Below are positions 50,723 to 60,035 of a stretch of 64,000 nt of DNA, piece by piece. Under the pieces are notes generated by a model. That model ran no database searches. It was not told where the DNA came from and worked only from the letters and a program-made list of their open reading frames with translations. The translations under genes and the position numbers were made by a program. How positions within the stretch are numbered: the first letter of the stretch is position 1; every line of letters begins with the position of its first letter. The stretch spans positions 1,088,001 to 1,152,000 of the forward strand of contig CAWFFN010000009.1 in NCBI GenBank assembly GCA_963815115.1. The letters are read 5' to 3'. Source of the DNA: an uncultured delta proteobacterium (GTDB lineage: Bacteria; Desulfobacterota; Binatia; DP-6).

Positions 50723-52129
50723 ATGCTCTTCCACCGGGCGCCCTTCCTCTGGCTCCTCCTCGCCACCTTCGTCGGGTACTGGTGGCTGCTGCGCACCCAG
50801 CGGGCGCGCAACCTGCTCCTGCTGCTCGCCAGCGTCGTGTTCTACGCGAACTGGAATCCCTGGCTCGTGCCGCTGGTCGCGGGCACGGCGATCTTCGACT
50901 ACCGGATGGCCCTGGCCATCGAGGATGCGCGCGACGAGATCACCCGCCGGCGCCGCCTCGTCGCCGCGGTCGCCGTCCCGCTCGGCTTGCTCGCCTACTT
51001 CAAGTACACGAATTTTCTGATCGCCCAGGCGTGGCTGCCGTTGCGCATGCTCGGCCTGCAGGCGCCGCCGCCCGTGTTCGACATCGTGCTGCCGCTCGGC
51101 ATCTCGTTCTACACCTTCGAGACGATCGCCTACGTGGTCGACGTCTACCGGCGGCGGATTCCCGCGGAGCGCAATGCGGTCGACTACACGGTGTTCCTGC
51201 TCTTCTTCCCCCACCTGATCGCCGGGCCGATCGTGCGCGCGGATCAGTTCCTTCCCCAGGTGCGGCGGGCGCGGCGGCTCGACTGGGGCCGCGTCGAGCT
51301 CGGGGCACGGCTCTTCGTGTTCGGGATGCTCAAGAAGGCGGTGGTCGCCGATCAGCTGGCGGTGCTCGTCGATCCGGTCTTCGCGCATCCGGAGTCGTAT
51401 GCCACGAGCACGATCTGGACCGGCGTCGTGTGCTACGCCGTCCAGATCTACTGCGATTTCTCGGGCTACTCCGACATGGCGATCGGGGGCGCCCACATCC
51501 TCGGCATCAAGCTGCCCGTCAACTTCCGGATGCCGTACTTCGCGGCGAACCCGGCGGAGTTCTGGCGCCGCTGGCACATCACGCTGTCGACGTGGCTGCG
51601 CGACTACCTCTACATTCCGCTCGGCGGCAACCGTCACGGCACCGCGGCCACCCACCGCAACCTGCTCCTCACCATGCTGCTGGGCGGGCTGTGGCACGGA
51701 GCCGCGTGGACGTTCGTGATCTGGGGCGCCTATCACGGCGTCCTGCTGATCCTGCACCGCGCGATCCCGTGGCCCGCGTGGACGGGACGTGCGGCGCTGC
51801 GCCCCGCGCGGGTCGCGCTCATGTTCCTCCTCGTCTGCGTGGGATGGGTCTTCTTCCGCGCGGAGAGCCTCACGGGGGCGGGGACGATCCTCGGGCGCAT
51901 GGCGGTCCCGACGGCGGGGATCGAGCTCACGCCACAGGTCGCCGCCCTCGTGGTCGCGCTCCTCGGGATCGTCTTCGTGGCGCACCTGGTCGGCACGTTC
52001 GCCGACGTGCCGCGGCTCGTGCGCCTCCTGCCGGCGCCCGTGCTCGGGACGGCGCTCGCCGGCGGCTTCCTGCTCGCCCGGCTGCTGGCTCCCGACACGG
52101 GAGGCGCCTTCATCTACTTCCAGTTCTGA
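50723..52129 (+). CDS. MBOAT family O-acyltransferase (AlgI/PatA-like)
   Basis: YFKY, LPLGISFYTF, FFPHLIAGPIVR, QIYCDFSGYSDMA, EFWRRWHITLS, GLWHGA, FIYFQF. Confidence 0.95.
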   Translation: MLFHRAPFLWLLLATFVGYWWLLRTQRARNLLLLLASVVFYANWNPWLVPLVAGTAIFDYRMALAIEDARDEITRRRRLVAAVAVPLGLLAYFKYTNFLIAQAWLPLRMLGLQAPPPVFDIVLPLGISFYTFETIAYVVDVYRRRIPAERNAVDYTVFLLFFPHLIAGPIVRADQFLPQVRRARRLDWGRVELGARLFVFGMLKKAVVADQLAVLVDPVFAHPESYATSTIWTGVVCYAVQIYCDFSGYSDMAIGGAHILGIKLPVNFRMPYFAANPAEFWRRWHITLSTWLRDYLYIPLGGNRHGTAATHRNLLLTMLLGGLWHGAAWTFVIWGAYHGVLLILHRAIPWPAWTGRAALRPARVALMFLLVCVGWVFFRAESLTGAGTILGRMAVPTAGIELTPQVAALVVALLGIVFVAHLVGTFADVPRLVRLLPAPVLGTALAGGFLLARLLAPDTGGAFIYFQF

Positions 52130-52288
52130 GATGTTGCCGGGTGTTGGCCCTCGATCACGGCTCGCACGCAAAGGCGGCGCGACCGCGGCACGGAGACGGG
52201 GGTGAGCGACCGGGGGCGGAAGCGCTTGCATTCTCGTGCGGGTGAGTGTGTCTGACCCCGAGGGGAAACCCAGCGCGAGGAGAAGGCA

Positions 52289-53056
52289 GTGGGAGGCTCT
52301 TTCTTGAAGACCAAGGTGCCGTCCGCACCGGGTTTCATCCCGATCCGGAGCGGGCGCCTGCAGAGGAAGTGCGACTGCGGCCAGCATGGATGTGGCGCGG
52401 GCGCGAAGTTCGCGGCGTGCCAGGGAAGGCGCGCGGCGGAGGCCGCGCCCGCCCAGGCCATGGGCGCCCGCTTTGCTCACGACTTCAGCGGCGTCCGCGT
52501 CTACAGCGGTCAGAGCCCGTGCTCCCCCGACTGGTACGGCGACTCGAAGCCGGAGATGGACGAGACCACCGGGAAGGTAACGGGGAAGGTCAAGGTGACG
52601 TACAACGACGCCGCGATCAAGAGCCCCTGTGTCAAGGATTGCATCCAGAAACACGAAGCGGTGCACGTCAAACAGCTCACGCCGGTGGTGCAGGAGATCC
52701 ACAAGTGCGAGGTTGCGGCGAAGGGCGACCCCAAGAAGCAAGAGAAATGCGACCTTCTCTTCTTCGAGAAGATCACCAAGGCCCCCCTCAACGCGATGGA
52801 GTGCGAAGCGTATCAGGTCAGCAAGGCCTGCCTCGCCCGGAAGCTGGCGGACAAGACCTGCTCCAAGGAGCCCCACCGCAAGGCCGTCGAGCAGCACCTG
52901 AAGCAGGAGGAATGCGAGCTGGCCGATCGCAAGTGCAGCGGGTCGAGGTCCTCCAAGGCGAAGGCGGAGATATCCCCGGAACAGGAGACCATGCCTACCG
53001 CGCTGGCACAGCGCGAACAGGACTCCGAACCGGCCGACGCCGGCGAGCCCGCCTGA
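52289..53056 (+). CDS. Protein with reduced DUF4157-type N-terminus and HExxH-containing Cys-rich domain
   Basis: LQRKCDCG, MGARFAHDFSGVRV; CIQKHEAVHVKQ and MECEAY; strong coding bias; start uncertain. Confidence 0.65.
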   Translation: MGGSFLKTKVPSAPGFIPIRSGRLQRKCDCGQHGCGAGAKFAACQGRRAAEAAPAQAMGARFAHDFSGVRVYSGQSPCSPDWYGDSKPEMDETTGKVTGKVKVTYNDAAIKSPCVKDCIQKHEAVHVKQLTPVVQEIHKCEVAAKGDPKKQEKCDLLFFEKITKAPLNAMECEAYQVSKACLARKLADKTCSKEPHRKAVEQHLKQEECELADRKCSGSRSSKAKAEISPEQETMPTALAQREQDSEPADAGEPA

Positions 53057-53159
53057 CGGACGTGCCCCTGCCCTGGCCCCGCGGACCTGGCGTTTTTCTT
53101 TGACCGGCGGATCGCGGACGTGCTAGCGCCACACCGTTGCCGCCAGATCGGAGGGCCCG

Positions 53160-53948
53160 ATGCACGTCACCGTCCGCGTGGTCCTGGCGCTTCTTCCCCT
53201 CCTCGCCGGGGCGCAGACCGGTCTCGCCAAGTGCGACCCGACGACCGAACCCGACCGCGGCGACGTCGCCAGCGCACGAACCGCAGTCGCGACGGCGTGC
53301 GAGTGCGCCGGCGCCGTGTCTCACCGCGGCTACGTGACCTGCGCCGCCGAGGAGGCCAAGGCCGCGCTGGTGAACAAGGGCTGCGCCGGTGTCGTCAAGC
53401 GCTGCGCCTCCAGGTCGACGTGCGGCAAGCCCGGCTTCGTTGCGTGCTGCCGGACCCGTAGCTCGGGCAAGACCTCGTGTTCGCTGAAGCGGAGCGCGGC
53501 TCGCTGTGTCCCCCCGAAGGGAGGCGGCGCGTGCGCGTCATCGGTGCCGAGCTGCTGCGACGCGTGCGGCGCCGGCGGCTGCAACGCGACCACCACCACG
53601 ACCTCGTCGACCTCGACGACGAGCAACCCCGCTCCGCCCGCCTGCGGTCTCGACGCGGGTGGCACCTGCGGAGGCCTCTGCCCGTCGCTGACCGACGATT
53701 GCGTCCAGGATTCCGTCACGGGAGCGTGCGGCTGTGTCCCGGGGGCGTGCCGGGCGATCGGTGGCATCGGATCGTGTGGGGGGACCTGCCCGGCGCCGGC
53801 AATCTGTACCCTCTTTCCGGTTGCCGGGGGCTGCACGTGCATCATCCCCTGCGAGGGAAGTGGCGCTCCTCCCTGCTCCCCCCCGTGTTCGCCCGGTCAG
53901 GGATGTGTCTTCAACCCGTCCACGGCCGCGTGCGTCTGCGCTCCGTGA
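53160..53948 (+). CDS. Secreted Cys-rich protein with Thr/Ser linker
   Basis: RBS GGAGGG; signal peptide; basic Cys-rich N-domain, TTTTTSSTSTTS linker, CGGxCP repeats. Confidence 0.8.
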   Translation: MHVTVRVVLALLPLLAGAQTGLAKCDPTTEPDRGDVASARTAVATACECAGAVSHRGYVTCAAEEAKAALVNKGCAGVVKRCASRSTCGKPGFVACCRTRSSGKTSCSLKRSAARCVPPKGGGACASSVPSCCDACGAGGCNATTTTTSSTSTTSNPAPPACGLDAGGTCGGLCPSLTDDCVQDSVTGACGCVPGACRAIGGIGSCGGTCPAPAICTLFPVAGGCTCIIPCEGSGAPPCSPPCSPGQGCVFNPSTAACVCAP

Positions 53949-53970
53949 CGGCTCTGGCAGGAGCGACACG

Positions 53971-55101
53971 GTGCCACGTCCGCGTCCCGATCCGGCCCGC
54001 GCGCGCCGCGTGCTTGCCATGGCGGGCGTCGTCATCGTCACGGGACAGCTGGCGGCGGGACTGGCTCTCGACGCGGCCCCGCCGTCGGTTCGCTTCGCGG
54101 AGGGTGCCAGGGTGCTGGCGCGTGCGCGTGCGGTCGGCGACGCCCCGTATGTTCTCCTGCTCGGAAGCTCCCGGTTCTGGAAGATCGACCTCGACGACGC
54201 CAGGGCTGCCCTTCTCGAGACCGTAGGGACCGGAGCCCCCCGGGTCGTCCAGGGTGCCGTCCTGGGCGGCGACGCCGTCGTCGCCGACTACCTGCTCGAG
54301 CGAATCCTCGCCGAGGGAAGCCGCCCGGCGCTGATCGTGACCGAGATCAGCCCGGAGACCATCGGACACCCCTCGAACTGGATCGCCGGCGATGCCATCC
54401 GCTTCTTCACCTGGAGGGACGTCCTGGCGTGGGCACCGGAGATCGTCGCGCGCGGCAAGCCGGGAGAGGTGATGACCGCGCGCTTCGCGCCGATCGACGT
54501 GTACCGCCGCGAGCTGCTCACCTGGATCGTGGGCCGCCCGCCGCCGTATCTCTCGGTCGCATCACCCGGGATGGACGATGCCTCACCCCCGGACGAGCCC
54601 CGTCCGACGGATGGCCAGGTCGAGCCGGCGCCCGCCGTCCCGAACTCGACCGCACCGGACGGCGACCGCCGGCAGCCCAACGCGGCCACGCTGTCGGGGC
54701 TGCGCCAGACGCGTGGATGGCTGCGTCACTACCGGCTCGGCGGTGAGGCGCGGGCGCTGGAGCGCTTCCTGGCTCGCAGTCGGGCCGCGGGCATCCCCGT
54801 CGTGCTCGTGGGCGTGCCGGTGTCGAGCTGGGTGCGCGCGCTCTACACTCCCGAAGTCGAGCAGGTGTTTCGCGACTACATGGACCGCCTGAGCTCTGGC
54901 GGTGACACGGAGTTCGTCGACTGGCGGGCCCGCTTCGCGGATCGCTTCTTCGCCGATCACCACCACCTCAATGCCCGCGGCGGGAGCCTCTTCGCACGCA
55001 TGCTGGCCGGCGAGGTGCTGGCGCGGCACGTGCGGGAGATGACGGGGCGTGACCACCCCGACGCCGCGCCGACGCCGCGCGGGACCGCGTCGCCGGGCTG
55101 A
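53971..55101 (+). CDS. SGNH-like (DUF1574/AlgX/DltD-type) membrane-anchored acyltransferase partner
   Basis: GTG after AGGAG; N-terminal TM; LLGSSR and FADHHHLN motifs; near the MBOAT gene. Confidence 0.75.
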   Translation: MPRPRPDPARARRVLAMAGVVIVTGQLAAGLALDAAPPSVRFAEGARVLARARAVGDAPYVLLLGSSRFWKIDLDDARAALLETVGTGAPRVVQGAVLGGDAVVADYLLERILAEGSRPALIVTEISPETIGHPSNWIAGDAIRFFTWRDVLAWAPEIVARGKPGEVMTARFAPIDVYRRELLTWIVGRPPPYLSVASPGMDDASPPDEPRPTDGQVEPAPAVPNSTAPDGDRRQPNAATLSGLRQTRGWLRHYRLGGEARALERFLARSRAAGIPVVLVGVPVSSWVRALYTPEVEQVFRDYMDRLSSGGDTEFVDWRARFADRFFADHHHLNARGGSLFARMLAGEVLARHVREMTGRDHPDAAPTPRGTASPG

Positions 55102-55206
55102 CGCCGCGACGTCCGGCTGCACGTGAATCAGGATGTCCGGGGCATTGACACTTCCGGAGGAAACCACTGGCAGGGGTCGTGCAGGACCTCGACCGCGGCG
55201 CGGCCA

Positions 55207-57982
55207 CTATTTCGGTGACTTCCTGCGTGCTCTGGTGACTGCCGTCGGACACTGCTCGCGTCGCACGTTCCCGAAGTGGTCGGTCACTTCGACGCAGACG
55301 CCCACCTGGATATCCGGGTGGTTCTTCAGGTACCGCTTGCCATTCTGATTGGTACCGAGCTGAGCACGAACGTCGGCGTTGCGCTGGCCGACATCCGGAA
55401 GAACCTTGCCTTTGTCGAATCGCGCCTTTCCCGGCTTGGTTACCTGAGGCCCCGCGGCACACCCGGGTGTGCAGCCACCGACGTTGACCTGGCTTCCGAT
55501 GGCCTGGTTGCTGGTAGCCTGGCCGCCGGGAGCAAGATAGCCCACGGCTGAACACCTGGCCGGCTGATCACCAGTGGTGTTGTTGAGCATGCAGAGCACG
55601 TCGATCTTCCCCGCTCCGCCCACGACCTGTGCGTCGCCAAAGCACGCCTGGCATGCGCCGCTTACGCACTTCCCCTGAGGGGGATCGCAGCTCGCATCGA
55701 TGCAACCCGTGCCATCGTCCTCTGGGTGCCCCGTAGGGCAATTCGGGCTGAACCCGGTGCAGGCGCTTTCCTTCTGACACGATTGCGGCGTAGCACCGCA
55801 ACGAGTGCCCGGATCCACGTACTGATCCGCGGCACAGTCAGGACTCGCCCCGTCGCAATACTCGGCCTGGTCACATTCCCCGACCTGGGGTCGGCATACG
55901 AAGGTCGTCGGCTGGATCCTGGCTTTTGGACAGAGAGCGTCCTGGCCCGTGCACTGGGCTTGCTCCTCGCAGGCCCGCGGGGCCGGGCCACAGATCTCGG
56001 TGTTCGGCTTGAACCTGGGCGATGGGCATCCGTCGTGTGTCCCGTCGCAGTACTCGGGCACGTCACACACGCCGGCCGATGGGCGGCAAACGACACCCGC
56101 GAGCTTCGGCGTGGGAGTCGGGCACATCGGGCTCGAGCCGTTGCATACCGCGTCATTCGAACAGACGGCGCCGAACTGGCACACCGCCCCGCCCGCAACC
56201 AGCCGGCAATTTGCGTCGCAGCAAGAGCCGGACGCCCCATTGAGACCCGGACCGAGGTCGCATTGCTCTCCCCCCTGGATGATCTGGTCTCCGCAGACGG
56301 GGATCGTCGTGCTCGTCGTGGATGTGGCCGGGCCGGTGGTCGTCGTGGTCGTCGATTGGCGTGTCGTGGTCGTGCTACTGGACGTCGTTGTCGTGGTCGT
56401 GCTCGTCGACTGCGCTTTCGTCGTCGTGGTCGTGCTCGTGCTCGTCGTGGACGGGTGGGTCGTGACCGTCGTCGTGCTACTGGACGTCGTCGTCGTGGTC
56501 GAGGTGGTCGTGGTCGTGCCGATCGTCAGGGCCCCGGCCTTGCAAGCGCCGATGTCGGGAGCGCCGGCAACCGGACCGTTCGCCAGGGGCGAGGTTTGCA
56601 CGCATCCAAACGTCCCATCGTCGAGGCAGTGAAAGATGAGTATCCTCCACTTCACCAGCGTCGCTCGTACCCCACCAGTTGTGGGAAGCGACGACGGGGA
56701 CCGCTCCGGCGCCTTCGTTGTCCCGGAGGACAAATGGCCCTGCTTGCCCGCCGGGGCCCGTGTGGATGAGGTTGCTCTGCTGGATGTCGACGGCCGGGGC
56801 GTATGCGGCATCAACCAGCGTCCCGTCACTACTATCGTTGACGAGCGTCGACTGGCGGACCGTCGTGGTGCCAACGTAGTCCACATGGAGCGTAGGACCC
56901 TGGTTCGCGCTGACGCAGCTCCCACTGATTGAACTGCCGTATGTCTCGATACCCGCGCCGCCGTTCCCGGAGACCAGCAATCCGGTGAGCGTGGAGTTGC
57001 CGACGGAGACTCCGGCTCCCCCGTTGTCGGTGATCGTGCTTTGCTGCAGTGTCATATTTGCGCCACTGACTCCGACGCCGCCGTTTCCAGATATGGTGGC
57101 GTTCGAGATCAAGATAGGTGAAGAGCCACTGGGGGAAAGCCCGGTGCCGCCACCAGTGTTCCCCGTGATGTTGAGCTGCCCGAGAGTCGAACCGCCGTTG
57201 TTCGCCGTCACATACAAACCGCTGCCATTCAGTGCGTTGTTCGAGACGTCGAGTCCCGCGAGGTTCACGCGAGCGCTCGCGACATAGACGCCATAGGTAA
57301 GTGTGTTGTTCGAGACGTTGAGTCCCATGAGGTCCACGAGGCCGCCGTTGACGTAGATGCCATAGCTGCACGTGCTCGACATCACCGCGACGTTCTGCAT
57401 CCGAACGTTGCCGGTACCGGAACCGAAGTACACGGCGAAGGTTGGATTGCTCTTCTGCACCGTGACGTCTTTGAGGAATGGCGAGGAAGAGGCCGCGTCG
57501 ACGACGCCGCTCCCCCCCGTGTCCTTGGCGTACTCGATGACGCAGTACTCGAGGATCGCGCCGCCGCTGTAGGCGCTAGTCCCATCGAACGTGGCGTCCG
57601 GCGAGCTGTCCTCGAATCGAATGCCCAGCCAGTCGCCCGGAGCAGGGGTCGCGCTGTTCGAGGTGAAGCGGATTGGCGCATCGGCGGTGCCACGGGCGAC
57701 CAGGGTTCCGAACACGTCCAGGAGCTTGCTGCTCGCGAAACGCACCACGACGCCGGCCTCGATCGTCAGCGTCGGTGGAGGCTTTCCGGAGCAAAAGGTG
57801 GCGCCCCCGATGAACAGGCCGCTGGTCACCACGATCGGGCTGTCACCCTGATGCCAGGTCGTGTCGTCGCATATGGCACCACCGACGTTCAGCGCGACCG
57901 CTGCAACGGGACGCGAGAGGATCATGGCGACGACCAAGCAGCTCCAGATCCACCGAGCCGGCAAGGCCCCAGGAAATCTCAT
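55207..57982 (-). CDS. Large secreted protein: right-handed beta-helix + Thr-rich stalk + disintegrin-like repeats + basic C-terminal domain; split by one extra base at ~56644
   Basis: GTADAPIRFTS, PGDWLGIRF, NxxxG repeats, NWWGT; next frame IFHCLDD, poly-Thr, CGDQIIQGGEQCD, CRPxxGxCDxxEYCDG. Confidence 0.8.
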
Positions 57983-58040
57983 CGCGAGGGGGGGTAACAC
58001 AGGAAGATGGGGCCTAGAAAGGGGATTTGCCCTTGACAGC

Positions 58041-58066
58041 CGTTGCGCTCCGGCAGGGGCGCAACG
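58041..58066. promoter_or_regulatory. Inverted repeat in the divergent promoter region
   Basis: CGTTGCGCTCC-GGCA-GGGGCGCAACG, flanked by TTGACA (58033) and TATAAG (58067). Confidence 0.4.
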
Positions 58067-58444
58067 TATAAGGGAAGTGTGGAGGTCCCCGGGGCGTGGG
58101 GGAGCCGTGGTGCTGGCTGAAGGACAGCGGCTCGTCGCAGCCCGCCGATGTGGGGACGGGATCGTGATCGGGTGCCACGACTGCACGCCGGTGCCGGTGA
58201 GACGTTGCTGGAGAAGGTGCGCGGCTGCAAGGGTCTGCTCCGCCTGACGACGGGCTGCGCGCTCGCGCTCCGTCGCGGCGCCACGATCGCGAGGAGCGTC
58301 GCCGAGCTACGGAAGCCCTTGCGGAGCCTTGGAACGGCGTGGGAAGAGACGTGCGGTCCTCTCCAAGCACGATGTCGGCGAGTATTGCTCTGTGACCAGT
58401 CTCCGCGACGCGATCTACGCACATAGTTTCTTGGGGGGGTCGCG

Positions 58445-59926
58445 GTGAGCGACGTCTTCCTCAGCTACACGCGCGAGGATCTGACGCGGATCCAGCCGCT
58501 CATCGCGGCGCTGGGAGCCTCCGGGCTGACCGTGTGGTGGGATCGCACGATTCTCCCCGGGAAGCGGTTCGACGCGGTCATCGAAGAAGCCATCGACGGT
58601 GCTGCGTGCGTGATCGTGGTGTGGTCTCGACACTCGGTCGGTTCCGAGTGGGTCAAGCTCGAGGCTTCGGAAGGGATGCGACGCCGCGCGCTGGTTCCCG
58701 TCCTGGTGGACGACGTCGCGATCCCCTTCGAGTTCCGCCGTGTCCAGGCTGCCGACCTGATCCAATGGACCGGCGGCACCACCGAGCCCGAGTTCCGCAT
58801 GCTGCTCGACGCCGTCCGCGGCGTGTCGGCCTCGCACGCAGCCACGCGGGAAGGGCCACCGCCGGTGCCGTCCTGGACGCCGCCGCCCCCTCCTCCGCTG
58901 CCAGTTCACGTCACCAAGAAACGAGCACCGATCGCCGGGTGGCCCGTCGTGCTCGCGCTCGTCGTGGCTGTGGTGGCTACGGGCGTGCTCCTGCGCCTTC
59001 GCGAGACCGCGTCGCCGGTCGCACCCGGGCTCCGCGTGGTTGGCGTGATGGAGATCAAGTCGCAGGGCCACATCGAGCCCTGGATGTGCAACCTCACGCG
59101 CGACAAGCTCAACGCGACCCTCAGCAAATTCAGCAACCTGCAGGTCTACTCCCGCGAGAAGATCGACTTCCTCATGGAGAAGCGAGGCTTGAGCGAACTC
59201 GAGGCGGCGACGTCGCTCGGCATCCAGAAGATGGTCTCGGGCACCCTCTCCGGGATGGGGTCCCACCTCGCGCTCCAGGTGCACGTCGTGGACACGGGCA
59301 CCGGCGTCCTCGAGCAGGGGGGTGAAACGACGGGATCGGAGAACGAGCTCGAGGACATGCAGAACCGCGTTGCGCTCGAGGTCATCAAGGGACTTCACGT
59401 CGAGATTGCCGCCGGCGAACTGGAGCGCATCCTGGCGCTGCGCGGGAACGCCACCCCCCAGGACTACAAGCTTCTGGCCGACACGATGGGAGGGTTCGAC
59501 GGTGAAACCGCCGCACCTCCCAAGCCGTCGAAGGACTCGCCGCGTTCGGGTCTGTTCGACATTCACGTCAGCGAGGCATGGGCGGCCGGCGACGATCAGC
59601 AGGCCATTCGGGATGTCCTCGAGCGATATCGGCTCGCTGTCGAAGGCAGAAACCTGGAAACCCTTGCCTCCCTGCACGTCGCACTGACGGACCGCATGCG
59701 AGAGGCCCTCGTCCGCTACTTCGACAACGCCCAGGACATTCACGTCCGGTTCACGGGTATCGACGTCGTTGTCGAGCGAGACCAGGCACTCGCCACGTTC
59801 ACCCGGACCGACGAGTTCACGGACGCGCACACGGGGCGCCCTGTGCGCATGGAGCTCCGCGTGAGCAGCGTGATCGAACGGGTCGGCAACGAATGGAAGG
59901 TTCAAGGGCTCAAGTCGTCTGCTTGA
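58445..59926 (+). CDS. TIR domain - TM - TolB-N/CsgG-like domain - NTF2/SnoaL-like domain protein
   Basis: DVFLSYTRED, VWWDRTI-PG, VIVVWSRHSVGSEWVKLEA; Pro linker; one TM; LQVYSREKI...LGIQKMVSG...VVDTGTG; AIRDVLERY...NEWKVQ. Confidence 0.85.
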   Translation: MSDVFLSYTREDLTRIQPLIAALGASGLTVWWDRTILPGKRFDAVIEEAIDGAACVIVVWSRHSVGSEWVKLEASEGMRRRALVPVLVDDVAIPFEFRRVQAADLIQWTGGTTEPEFRMLLDAVRGVSASHAATREGPPPVPSWTPPPPPPLPVHVTKKRAPIAGWPVVLALVVAVVATGVLLRLRETASPVAPGLRVVGVMEIKSQGHIEPWMCNLTRDKLNATLSKFSNLQVYSREKIDFLMEKRGLSELEAATSLGIQKMVSGTLSGMGSHLALQVHVVDTGTGVLEQGGETTGSENELEDMQNRVALEVIKGLHVEIAAGELERILALRGNATPQDYKLLADTMGGFDGETAAPPKPSKDSPRSGLFDIHVSEAWAAGDDQQAIRDVLERYRLAVEGRNLETLASLHVALTDRMREALVRYFDNAQDIHVRFTGIDVVVERDQALATFTRTDEFTDAHTGRPVRMELRVSSVIERVGNEWKVQGLKSSA

Positions 59927-60035
59927 CGGGGCGGGTCTTCCCGCAGCAACCGAGAGCACCCGGCCTGGCCTTCATGGCCACCATTGCCAAGATGCCGAGG
60001 GAACGAGTACCGCTGGGTACCGCAGAAGAGCTAGC

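Noticed and set aside
56300-56520. GTC/GTG-rich tandem-like DNA
   Set aside because: Explained by the poly-Thr/Ser linker codons of the minus-strand gene
58346-58375. GAGACGTG...ACGATGT resembling the duplicated promoter motif
   Set aside because: Spacing differs (15 vs 12 bp) and the other conserved blocks are absent
58090-58426. Short ORFs upstream of the TIR gene
   Set aside because: No recognisable domain or RBS; possibly a decayed gene but unsupported
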